Positions 37,701 through 49,141 of a stretch of 64,000 nt of DNA are shown piece after piece. Each line of letters begins with the position of its first letter. Position 1 is the stretch's first letter. The stretch is from Chrysomallon squamiferum. Lineage: Eukaryota > Animalia > Mollusca. The position numbers and the translations under genes are program-made. The notes beneath the pieces are model-generated. The model saw only the letters and a list, made by a program, of their open reading frames with translations, ran no database searches and was not told the DNA's origin. The stretch is taken from NCBI GenBank assembly GCA_012295275.1, contig CM022673.1:20522001-20586000 (forward strand), written 5' to 3'.

Positions 37701-40700
37701 CTCATTAAATAAATATAATAATAACTAAAAAAAAAGTATCTGAAATCACTGAAAATGAAAAAAAAAAAATTGTTGTTACTTGTTTTTCAGAAATGTAAAA
37801 TCTGCAGGAAAAAAAGTGGGATGATGATTTGCTGCTGTGTGATGAATGTAATCAAGCTTTCCACATGTACTGTCTGCGTCCTGCCTTGACCTATGTGCCC
37901 AGGGGTGACTGGTTCTGTCCAGCTTGCATTGTAAGTACTAATAATAACAAAAATATTTAGCATTAACTTTGAAAAGGAAAATAAAATCTAAAATAAATTT
38001 GCTCAAATAAAAAATACAGATTTAAAACTAAAATTATGTTTAAATTACCTATTTGCAATAAATTCATTATTATTGTTATTAATTTCAGTTGATATTTTTG
38101 TTACTGTTTTTTTTATATATATTTTTAGCCAGCATCTCAGCGAAGAATAAGAGCCCCACGATATAAAGAACCTGTGAGTTTCTTTTTATTTATATATGTA
38201 TTCTGTTGGCCTAAATGTGTGTGTGTGTGTGTGTGTGTGTGTTTGTTATGGTTGTTATTTTATTTGATTCTGGTTAAAAAAAACAAAAACAAAAAACATG
38301 CACTGAGTATAATAAATGGAGATTGTAATTTTTATTTTTGTTAGCAAAAATGTTATATAAATGAGAAAATGTTAGCACACATGCATTTCAGTACCTTTTA
38401 CTTTATCTGTTGTTAGAAGACTTTGATCTCCTCACACAAAACAATAAAAAGGTGCATGGTTGATTATAAAATCTATTCAGTTTGTTTGTACCTACTATTC
38501 AAGTTACTTCTGAAGGAATTTATTTTGTTTTTGTGTGTGTTCATTGTGATTTATAAATTGCTTTAATTATCTGTTAGAACGACTATGGTCTGTCTGAAGA
38601 TGAGGAGGAAGAAGAAATGGAGCAGAAGGTGATAGAGCATGAGGTAAACTGTGTGGTGTGTGGAAAAGACCAGGAACTGTTAAACTGTTACTCTTGTCCA
38701 GCCGCCTACCATTTAGAGTGTCACGACCCCCCACTGAGAAGACCTCCCAGGTAGGTTACACAGAAATAACTGTACTGCTTCACGTTCAGTCTTGAAATTA
38801 CAATGACACATATTTGTACTATGTAGCCCCTTGTGAGATGTGCTTTTTGGAGGTTTCACCACACACCAGAATACTTAATTTTTGTGTTATTAATATATGA
38901 AATTTTAACCATTTAGAAAAAGATGTTCATAATAATATATTATGATTGTTCCTCATAAATTAATAATGGTAATGCTTGCTTTTTATAATCAAAAAGTAAT
39001 ATTTTTTTGTGTTTTTTTTTTTTCACAGAGGTGTATGGTGTTGTTCAGATTGTAAAAATGGAGGACCAACAAAAGGAACCAGATCTAGAAAACGTAAACA
39101 ACCACAGCGTAGAGGTGAACTCATTTTTTTAGTCTGTGACTCATTACTGGGCTGTACATATTGTTATTAATGGTTTTATTTCAGGAAGAAATGTTACATA
39201 TTCTTTATTATTTTCCATTTACCTTCAAATTTCCCTCCAACAGTTTTTATTTCCATTATTTTAGTGCAGTTGTAAAATTTCAAATAAATGTTTAATTGTG
39301 TATATAGTATATATTGTTTGTTTTTATTCATTTTTTACTTTGTTTTTGGGGGGTTTGTTTCCTGTTAAATTTACAATATTTTACAGTTTCTTAAGTTATT
39401 ACATAAACATTTATTTTATTTTCTCATAGCTGTGACAAAATCAAAATATGTCTGTGAATCTTCAAGTGATGAATCAAATAACGAGAGTGAGAAAGAGAAC
39501 ACAGAAGATGACATCACACCTAGAAGAGTGAAACAGAAAAAGACAACTTACAAAAAATCACCACAAAAGAAATCACGGAGGTCACATGAAGACATTGAAG
39601 AAACCTTAACATACTCCAGGACAAACAAGCGAGCTCCATCCGAGTTGTCAGTTAGTATCAGTGAATTTCCTTGTCTGAAATTCCCAGACTGGTTCTGGCT
39701 TGAATTAATCATGCAGCTGTATTTGTATAGCTGTTCTGCAGAGCATTCAGGCACATCACTTGTGACAGATAATTAGTCATTTGAACTGTTTTTATGATAT
39801 TACATTACGTTACACACGATAGATACAGTAAGCCAGTTTATATGGGAATTGAGTTTGTTCTTCAAAGTCAACACAGTCCTTAAAAACCATAAAAATCCAG
39901 GAATTTTTAATTGTGAGAATTGAGTATTTAAAAATAATAATAAAATGTTATGAGTGGTGTGTGGACAAAACCGAGTTTACCAACTGACCTATCAATCCCA
40001 AAGTCAGGGTTCTAAACTCTGAGCTACAGCCCAGTTATACAAATAGTGGATAACTTTTGAAGTAAAACTGAATTTTGTTTGTTTGCTAAGAATTAATTTG
40101 TAAAGATGGAAAAAATTATTCGTGTTTTGATGACATTGCATCTAAATACTGTTTGTTAATATATGGCTTTTGTGAAATAACTAAATGTATGGGGATTAAA
40201 CAAAAGTTGTGGGTAATTTCAAAAAAAGAAGAAAAAGTAACGAATGTAACTGATTGTATTTTTATTTGTTACAGATCTGTGAAAATATTTTGGCAAGATT
40301 GACAAAACACGAGGCTAGCTGGCCATTCATTCAGCCTGTGAACAAAAGAGATGTGAGGATTTATTTACTAATTGCCTAACTGATATGGAATTACGTTTTA
40401 TTTGACAACCTGCATGATTTACTAATATGTATATTTTTTGTATTAAAGGATTAATAATATATGGCTGCATTTTGGTTTTTAATTTTGTTTTAAACAAATT
40501 ATTATTTTATAAGAAAGGATGTAAAACAATACTATACAATTATAGAAAAGAAAAATTTAAAAATGTTTTCTTTTTCAGTAAGTTTAATCCTGAATGTTCA
40601 AATTAGCTTTATAGTTTAAAAGAAGATTATTTTTAATTTGAATATTTTACAAAGGTGCCTGATTACTACATTGTGATTAAACACCCAATGGATTTCCAGA

Positions 40701-41194
40701 CAATCAGACAAAAATTGATGAGACTAAGCTACTCATCTGCCCAGGAGTTCATCAAGGATGTCACTCTTGTGTTTAAAAACTGTAGTGACTACAACAAGGT
40801 TTGTCAATAGAATTAACTATTTTAATCATTATTAAATAGTCAAAAATAATATTTGATTTTCTTAATATTTCACTTAAAAACAAAAATACATTTTTAACAA
40901 TGGATTCAAAAACCTAAAGGTTTCACTAAAGTGAAACTAGACTGTTCAGGTAACATAAAATTGGTTTTATGTAAACAGAAAAATCATTACTTGGTTTACT
41001 ATCATGATGAATTGTAAATGAAAAATGAGATCTTGACTTTGTGTTTCCAGGTTGACACTGACATATACAGGTGCATGGAGCAGATGGAGAAAGAATTTAT
41101 GCATTTGCTTGGAGAAAGTCTGCCTTTTTATTCATACAGCCGAGATTCCATCAGCCTTGAGGAAAACAGCAGAAAGAGGGGAAAGAAAACTTGA
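18604..41194 (+). CDS. BAZ1B: BAZ1B/WSTF (WAC, DDT, WHIM, 2x PHD, bromodomain), 33 coding exons, about 1538 aa if one missing nt in exon 26 is restored
   Basis: Exons: 18604-18716, 20402-20577, 20988-21093, 21344-21386, 22252-22350, 22568-22641, 22739-22904, 23179-23742, 23926-24047, 24268-24426, 25513-25609, 25786-25954, 26183-26286, 26844-26987, 27256-27413, 27796-27938, 28297-28483, 28734-28800, 29031-29145, 29514-29673, 30092-30256, 30710-30770, 31017-31124, 36786-36906, 37446-37609, 37791-37930, 38129-38173, 38578-38750, 39029-39114, 39430-39650, 40275-40352, 40655-40798, 41051-41194. WSTF-type motifs: [99 protein letters not shown]...PDYY...HPMDFQT. Confidence 0.93.
18717..20401 (+). 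other. U12-type (minor spliceosome) GT-AG intron, BAZ1B intron 1
   Basis: 5' splice site GTATCCTTTT at 18717; branch site TCCTTAAC at 20386-20393 just before CAG (20399-20401), with no polypyrimidine tract. Joining gives FRSKAEYEKQL, matching WSTF FRTREEYEARL. Confidence 0.92.
20675..20796 (+). mobile_element. Short Tigger/pogo-type MITE (MER46/Tigger4-like ends) in BAZ1B intron 2
   Basis: TA|CAGGTTGAGAATTGTTTATCTGAAATGCATGTGACCAAAAGTGTTTCAGATTTCAG ... GGATCCTTAGCCTG|TA: TA target-site duplication, imperfect TIRs, and body similar from memory to MER46C with CpG decay. Confidence 0.6.
21094..21343 (+). other. GC-AG intron (BAZ1B intron 3)
   Basis: Donor AAG|GCAAGT is required for the phase-2 join to CAG|CATTCAA (GKSIQGVV). 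The nearby GT at 21098 is out of phase. Confidence 0.8.
30257..30709 (+). other. GC-AG intron (BAZ1B intron 21) hosting a snoRNA
   Basis: Donor CG|GCAAGT gives [14 protein letters not shown] (WSTF LARKPNLGLKSCDG). The GT at 30261 gives an out-of-frame stop. Confidence 0.8.
30507..30621 (+). ncRNA. SNORD94: Box C/D snoRNA, SNORD94/U94-like (U6 Cm62 guide), intron-21 paralog
   Basis: Box C GTGATGA 30512-30518; guide GTGCAGGGGTC then D' CAGA; hairpin CTTGAGAC..CTGCATGTGGCAG..GTCTCAAG; box D CTGA 30614-30617; terminal AATC/GATT stem; about 90 nt upstream of the 3' splice site. Confidence 0.85.
31177..31291 (+). ncRNA. SNORD94: SNORD94-like C/D snoRNA, array copy 1
   Basis: Box C ATGATGA 31182-31188, GTGCAGGGGTC-CAGA, CTCCAGATAT-CTGCATGTGGCAG-..ATATCTGGAG hairpin, box D CTGA 31284-31287. 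Confidence 0.85.
31775..31889 (+). ncRNA. SNORD94: SNORD94-like C/D snoRNA, array copy 2
   Basis: Box C 31780-31786, box D 31882-31885; guide GTGCAGGGGTG-CAGA. Confidence 0.8.
32494..32608 (+). ncRNA. SNORD94: SNORD94-like C/D snoRNA, array copy 3
   Basis: Box C 32499-32505, box D 32601-32604; loop-stem variant CTGCATGTGGTAG. Confidence 0.8.
33093..33207 (+). ncRNA. SNORD94: SNORD94-like C/D snoRNA, array copy 4
   Basis: Box C 33098-33104, box D 33200-33203; shares variants with copy 2. Confidence 0.8.
33831..33945 (+). ncRNA. SNORD94: SNORD94-like C/D snoRNA, array copy 5
   Basis: Box C 33836-33842, box D 33938-33941; shares variants with copy 3. Confidence 0.8.
34430..34544 (+). ncRNA. 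SNORD94: SNORD94-like C/D snoRNA, array copy 6
   Basis: Box C 34435-34441, box D 34537-34540. Confidence 0.8.
35181..35295 (+). ncRNA. SNORD94: SNORD94-like C/D snoRNA, array copy 7
   Basis: Box C 35186-35192, box D 35288-35291. Confidence 0.8.
35851..35965 (+). ncRNA. SNORD94: SNORD94-like C/D snoRNA, array copy 8
   Basis: Box C 35856-35862, box D 35958-35961. Confidence 0.8.
36487..36572 (+). pseudogene. Degenerate SNORD94-like copy
   Basis: GTGATGA 36492-36498, mutated guide ATGCAGGAGTC, D' box and first hairpin deleted, AGATATCTGCATGTGGTAGAA retained, terminal box reads CTAA. Confidence 0.7.
36877..37433 (+). repeat. Apparently perfect 277-bp tandem duplication spanning the end of BAZ1B exon 24, its donor and most of the intron
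   Basis: 36877-37153 repeats as 37154-37430 (TTATACACAATACTGAAGACC...CTAACATCAG) with TTA microhomology at the junction. Confidence 0.92.
39963..40032 (-). mobile_element. Possible tRNA-derived SINE head relic
   Basis: Minus strand GGGCTGTAGCTCAGAGTTTAGAACCCTGACT... resembles a tRNA 5' end with an A box; the B box is degenerate and no full cloverleaf forms. Confidence 0.4.
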
Positions 41195-42339
41195 TTTAAA
41201 ATGTCCCATAAAATAAACTTTTTATTTTTAAATTTGGAAGAAAATAAAATGAAAAAAAAATTTGTACAGTGTCATGTATATTTATAATACTTAAATGAAA
41301 GAATTGTATATATTTTGTTGTCATTTGTTTTGGTTGCTGTTACTGTATCAGAAGGTATTTATGTAATATTACATTTGTTTATGGCATGGAAACTTAAAAC
41401 AGAAAATTTAACTTAGAAAAAGTTTTTAAACTTCTTTGATTTAGACTATTTTTGTGTGGTTGATATTTATACTTCGATTTTTATTTATTTTTATAGATGT
41501 TTTTATGTTTGTGGTTTTATCAGGCATATCAGATAAAATCAAATTCATTTCTTCTTTTTTCTTTTTATTATTATATTTTTAATTGATTATGAAGAGACCC
41601 AGAAGTTTAAATCTCTGTATATTCATTAAGAGAGAACATTGTTCATTATTTTTAATTAGGATATCTGTATTAAGTTTGTTGGATACATTTCTGTGATATC
41701 TTTTAATATTAACCATCCAGTTAAAATATAAAGCACTTTGGACATTTTGTTAGGTTACATCAGTCAAAAAGTTTTTTTTTCATAAGATTTCTGTATTCAA
41801 AGTAATGAATTCAAATGCCCTGAATATGCTTCTGTATAAATAACCTTAAGAGGTTAAAATTTAATGTTTAAACATTTTTCAAATATTAAAAATTTAATTT
41901 CAGATCAAACATTTCATATAAAGTTTGTAAAACTTTTAATTGCTGAATAACAGAATACAAATTTGTGAAAAATACATTTATCATAAGGTCTTTGCAAAAA
42001 TGTATTTGCATTCTTTTAAAATTATCTTTCAAGGAATAATAATGTAAGTAAACAACAAAATGAAAGTATGTGACAATCTGAAAATTTTGTCTTGAATTCT
42101 TTATAATCTTCATAATCTTTTAATTTTTTTTTTTTTTTTTTTTTTTCTTTATTTAAATTGTAGGTTGGAAAAAAGAACATTCATAAAAAAAATATTTGAG
42201 AAAGTTATTAATATTTATTAGATTTGTTCAGTCACTAGCAACTTCAATTTAAAACAGAACGTGCCTGCCACATATGGAAATTGGTGCATTCTTTTATGAT
42301 CACTTTTGTACAGAATAACTTAGTGTTTATAGTTCTAAC

Positions 42340-42341
<2 letters not shown>

Positions 42342-42394
<53 letters not shown>
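42342..42394. repeat. (GT)n microsatellite
   Basis: Direct reading. Confidence 0.95.
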
Positions 42395-42397
<3 letters not shown>

Positions 42398-42963
42398 AGT
42401 AATTGTAACAAATAATGTATTAGTGAGTTTATGAATTTCATAGTAGATATTTTTGTAAAAAGTTGTCATCACTAAAACATTTCACTTGCCTGTATCTAAA
42501 TAAATATTTTCTGTGTATTTAGTATCTACTTGGTAGCTATCCAGTTTATGTATTATTTCATACATTTGAGATGCTGATATATTTTTAGAACTTTAGTTTA
42601 ATTTCTGAAATTTGTTACATACATTGATGGGGATATGAATTTTATTATTGATACAGATCAGTGTTGTTGACTTGTCATTTAGAGATTAGTTTCATATTCT
42701 TTGCAGTAAGATTTATCAACATTTCCCAAGTCTGGTTATTTTTATTGTTGAAATATTTTTAAAAAACTTAAAAACTATTTTCTGCTAAAATATTTTAAAA
42801 TTGAATGAATCAGACTTTTATCACTTTTCATTCATAGCAATTAATTTTTAAATGACATTTTGACAGAGTTGAAGAGTAAGATGTTCAGTTAAATCATGAG
42901 GTCAGTGACATATTTGGTGAAAAAATAGGAAAGAAATTAAATCCACAGTAATTTTTTTATTTA

Positions 42964-43007
<44 letters not shown>

Positions 43008-44212
43008 AATATCGAAATTACATTTTACTTAAATATTTTTAATATAAGGAAAATCTGGCATTTTAAGTTATTGTTGTACTTTTTCCGTTTCTTAAATCTT
43101 ACTGAAAATATCCAGTTGATATGAAATATATTTTAAACTGATATTACATTAAATACAGTAATGTAAAATATAATTCATTACCCTTCCAGTTCTCATTTCC
43201 TTCAGATAATACATTTTATTTTCAGTTAGATACCAAATGATAGTGAAAAATACAGGTGCATCTGCTTTTGATTAACATTTTGCAAAAGGATTTTTAAAAT
43301 ACTTAAATAACTTTGTACTTCTATTTTGCTAACTCAGAAAATCTGTTACATTAAAACCTCTAACATATAATTCAGATAAATGTGTTTAATATCTAATTTG
43401 GCATGTGACTGAATAACACTGAGTGGCAAGAACAGTAACAGAATTGTGTTCATATTGGCGTTGACTTATTGCAAAACGTTTTTTTTTTTATACCCCATCC
43501 TGTTGCCTCTTAAAAGCTCCTTTAATTTTTTTATTCTTTATTTTTTATTTTTTCTCTTCAACTGGATTGTTTTCTGTTTGCTTTTATTTAATGTATGCTC
43601 AATGATTTGCAATGCTAAACCAGACTGTACCCTATATTCGTTTGTCTGCTGGTTCAGAATTTTAATTTAGTTAGAAATTAACACAACCCATTCGTGATTA
43701 TTATAATGTAGATTTATCTTCAGGTGTGTACTACCCAAGAGTTTATGATATATTTCCTTCTTCTGTTCCCCACTGTTTCTATTCATTGACATTTAGTGTT
43801 ATCTGTAAGCGTTCAAAAGAGAAAAATAGTTTTTTTAGTGGCACTAAGCGGTTATTACATTTTAAATACTGTTAAACTCTTTACTGTTGAGTTTGTTAAA
43901 TGTTTGCCAAAACTGCCCAGGTGGCTGTATTCATCTTATGAAAAAGTTGCATGTAGGAAAAACAGAATTTCATAATCTTTGAAATGTCTTAAAGAGAATT
44001 TTTAAAATTTACCCTTTGTTGTCATAACTCAAGAAAATCGCTAGTTAAGTGCTATGAATGATATTACTTTTCTTCCTCCTCTTACCATTATTTAAACAAA
44101 TAATTCTGATGTTTTAACTATTTGTAACATGTTCATTAACAACAAACATTTCATCTGTAAGTTACTATAATTAACTGAAATGTACTAGTGTAATGATGTC
44201 TGTGAATGTCAG

Positions 44213-44316
44213 CAATAAAGTGACGATAACAAAATATCGTTTTTATTATTGAAAATTTTAGAATGTTTTTTTATTCTGCATATATATACATTTTTCTTAT
44301 TTTTTATTTTTTTATT

Positions 44317-44353
<37 letters not shown>
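44213..44353 (+). terminator. Candidate distal polyadenylation site of BAZ1B (AATAAA followed by U-rich downstream sequence)
   Basis: GCAATAAAG near 44211-44220 followed by T-rich tracts; roughly coincides with the end of the CpG-poor domain. A proximal AATAAA also lies near 41212. Confidence 0.3.
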
Positions 44354-44354
<1 letters not shown>

Positions 44355-45051
44355 TGGTGTACAATGTAGGGGGAAGGCATGACATAACTGACTTAAGTTC
44401 ATATTTGATTATAAAATTACATTAAATTCTTTATTCCAGTAATATTCGTTTCTTTCTGTTCACTTTCATTTATAATCATTCTAAACAAAAGCAATATTTT
44501 TCTCAAGAAAATCTCGTATAATCTGATGTCGGATCAGCGAGATTTCTAATATTTAGTTTACTGTTACTAAGAATACTATTACAGCATCTGTTTTTAAACC
44601 CTGTGTCGTCTTGATTTTTTTGTATTCGAGATATGTTAGTGCTTTCTGCTCAGATTCGAAATCCTAACCATATGGGTCGTGTCTACCACTTGTGACAAAG
44701 ATAGATAATCATCTATTTAATTAACGTTTTTTGTTAGATATGTTTAATAAATGTTCTATAGTATGTGCTTTGTGCAATAACAGAAACAGTAGTAGAAGAA
44801 GAAGTTGGAGTAACTATAGTAGCAAAGACTACAAAGACTTGTAGAACACGTTCTTAATATAGATCATCAGGGCAGACTTTAGTTTTAAATGTATGATCAC
44901 CGGGTTTCAGAGATCTAGCTAACCTGAAGAAAACAAAGTTTGATGAACTTAAAGTGGTTATTCTGATCAGTTCAATTATTCATTTTTACAATGTCTATAC
45001 TGATATATTTATCTTGAAAACTACAGCTGAATTTACAAATATATATATATA

Positions 45052-45200
<149 letters not shown>

Positions 45201-47094
45201 CATCTGGTGGAGACATGAATGAAAGTTAATTCTTAGCATACTGAAAAGATCAGTAAAATATGAATGTTACCTACAAATATAAATATATAATTCATAGGCT
45301 ACTTCTACGACTAAATTACTGTAAAATATTCAATGCCAATTTCAGCCTATTTTAGTCTTTCAGTCATCTAGAGCAGACTCATCAACCTAAAGACTGTAAC
45401 TTTATATTTAGACACCAACATTAAAATAAATAAAATCAAGAAACAATAATAATAAAAATTAATACAGGTGATGAGCAGTAAAACATGCCTTGGTTCGCTG
45501 ACTTGTTTACTGAAGTAAATGTGTGATTCTGACAGTGAAAGTCGATGACCTTGTTCAGTATCAGTTTTACGAAATTTATTTGTGAAATGTTCTGACTTCT
45601 GAAAATACTCGTTTTCCTTTTTGTGCTGAAGTGATGAATAGAATACATTTTTATTTCAAATAATTTAACAAAAAGATGTTTCATTACTCTGTATACTGTA
45701 CACAAGCCTGTTAAAAAAATATATATATAGTTTTAGAACTTCACTTTGCACTGTTCTTTTTTCATTTTCTTGTTCTTGAAAAGAAAAATACAAAACAAAA
45801 AAATATTGATTATTTGTTTTTGGAAAAATCCAGTGTGATTATTTATTTTGAATTTTTATTTTTATTTATTTATTTTTTTTTTTTTTTTTATTTATTTATT
45901 ATATTTTATTTTATTTATTTATTTATTTTATTTTTTATTATTATTCTTTAATTTTTTTTTTTTTTTTTTTTTTTTTAGTTTTTATTTTCTAAAAATATTA
46001 TTTACTGAATTTGAAAATTTGTTACAGTTTATTTTTGATAATTAGGGCTGCACATGCACCTACACGGTAGTCTGGTAAATCGGTATGTACTGCAGCATGG
46101 CATGGATATAGACTAAGCCGTGATACTTCTTAACCATTATAAACTCAGGTGACTAGCTTTCAAATGACCTTTTTGAAATAGAAACTGTTAATGTAGCCTA
46201 TTATACGGACAGACCAGTATATGTCTATCTATATAATATTACGCTCACATGTGTACTATGACTAGTTCACAAAATAATTCTGCATAGCTTTTCAGTCACA
46301 GATGTTTATTTTCTTCAGTTTAAGTTAAAAACATTCTTTTTTTTATTATTATTATTCTTTTTTTAATTTTCAATTTATTTATTTATTGTTTTGTTTTATT
46401 TTTTACTTTTTTATTTAATTTTGTTTTGTTTATTTTTTATTTTTTTAAAGTTTCAAATACTGAGCATGCAATATGATGGTGAAACCTATATACATTCGTT
46501 TCTAATTTGAAGGGTTATAATAATAGTTTTTATTTTATACAAATGTTATTTAAAATTTAAATAGTTCTAGTTAGCTTTCGTTAAGCAAATTATGCAGATA
46601 AATAGAAACGAAAGAACACAGTAGACTTTTTTGTTTTATGCAATGTTTGTTATTTATTTATTTATTTATTTATTTGTTTATTTGTTTGTTGTTTATTTAT
46701 TCATTATTGTTGTTATATGAATGAAAACAGAATCAGAGTTCAGACAAAATACAGAATTATGTTATTATTGTTACTAGTGTGGAATTAAACGTTTCTTTTA
46801 CGATTATTATTCAGCTAAAAGACAGTTTAGTGGAAAATTCCGAAAAGACTGAGTATGCCCATGGCTGAACACGATATTATTATTATTGTTATTATTATTA
46901 TTATAATATCCAACTTAAGGTAAATGAACCAAATATTTCCTCTCATGATTCAAATAACAAATAAACTTACAAAATTATTTTATTAAATTATTTAAGTAAT
47001 AAATAAGCAATAGTCAGAACGATAACTGTCTGCATGACGGAGTTATGGTTCTTATAAACCATTAGTGAAATGTATTCATTTTTTTTTAGATCAT

Positions 47095-47096
<2 letters not shown>

Positions 47097-47155
<59 letters not shown>

Positions 47156-47275
47156 TACATGTTATGAAATATTTATTGGTTTATTATTACTGCTACTATT
47201 ACTATATTTAGAAAAAAAAAAAAAAAAAAAAAAACGTTTTACCGAATGGAAGATGGATACTTTTTTACATCCAGC

Positions 47276-47319
<44 letters not shown>
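47097..47319. repeat. Two (AAT)n microsatellites and poly-A tracts
   Basis: (AAT)n at about 47097-47144 and 47277-47319. Confidence 0.9.
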
Positions 47320-48023
47320 TATAATTATAATTATATATATTATATATTATTAAATAATATGTTAAATAAAAAAGAAACTAGTTTTCAGTGTAAAATATTT
47401 ATTATCTGAGGAGTAGAAAGTGAAAACATCAATGGAATAATTTTATGAACAAAATACATAGAAATGTAATGGTTTGTTACACCTGTTTTTATTTTTTTTT
47501 TTTTTAACACTTTTTTTCTCTGTTCACTTACTCATTCATTTGTACACACATACATAAATACATACATACATACATATATAAATACATACAAACATACATA
47601 CATACATATATTTTTATATATGTATGTATACATACACGCTCACACACATACATACATACATACATATACATAAATGCACACACACCCACACACACACATC
47701 AATATCTGGCTAATTCAATCAAACCACAAAGCATAACATACAGGAAAACAATGTCTTTATCTCTGCGTAACAACATTAAATTACATTAAATATCAGAATC
47801 ATTTCACTTCACAGCTAAAGAGTTTTTGTACGATTATTTTCCTAACAGTATATCTAAGAAAAGAAATACAGCATCAAAGTTTGTTATAATGATCACAGTA
47901 ATTATTCATGGACTGACTTCCATGTGCCGCGACAGTTCAGTGTTCGTTAACAAAATGGAGGAAATCACGGCGATTGTCTTAAGCACTGACAGCGAGAAGC
48001 AAACGCGACGTGGTACGGTTTCA

Positions 48024-49043
48024 CTACGAAGTGCTTCCAATCTTATTCAGCATTCTGTTGAAAACATGTCTGACCTGCTGCGCTGAACTTCTTCTTCTTC
48101 CTCTGTTTTCTATCATTTTTCGTCGCTTGATTTCTCTGTGCAGCTCGTGAAACAGTTCTGTGATTTCCTCTCCGCCATCGCTCGCAGACGTCTCGAAGAA
48201 GGCGCACGCCATGTCCTGCGCAGCACTCTGCCCCTCGCACCCGTCCACCAGCTGCTCGTGAAGCAGGTCGTTTTTGTTGGCGACCAGCACGCACTGGACG
48301 TTAGTGCGTTTAATGTCGTCGATGTATTCTTTGATTTTGATGATTTCCTCAAAGCTCTCCCTGTCGTTTATGGCGTAGACGAGGACGAAGCCGTCAGCCC
48401 ACCTGATTGTCCCTTCTCGATGGATGCTGCCTTCGTCTTGCTGGAACACATTTATATTTAAAGACATTTTAAAGTTTGCTCAAATTTCCTTAATTTAATA
48501 TTTCCACTGTTAATAATTACTGATAAATTTTATTTTAAATGAAAGATGAAATAAAGGGAAACAGAAAAAAAATAAGAAGAAGAAGAAGAAGAAGAAGAAG
48601 ACGAAGAAGAACTCGAGAAATAACAAATGAAAGAATGCAAATGTTTACGAAATATAAAGTATACTTACTACTCCGGCTGTGTCAAGTATTTCCATGACAA
48701 CTGATTCGTCATCTACAACAGTGGAATGTTTGTAAGTGCATTCTGCAAGAAAATATAAAAATGATACCAACAACAGTTATTATAATGATGTTTATTCAAT
48801 ACTTAAGCAGTTATTTCAACATATCAGGTAATATGTACAATTTTCAGCTTCATATTAAAATCCTTGTATTAAACTATTAAAACCATAAAATTCGGTAAAA
48901 GAAAAAAAAAGTTATTTTGTTAGGAAATTAGCATAATCCAGTGGGAACTGTATTATACAAGTTCTGAGAACATAGCTGACAATGAAATATTGGTTTAAAT
49001 AGATGAGGAAACCACTAAAGAATTTAATATAAAATAAAATAAA

Positions 49044-49141
<98 letters not shown>

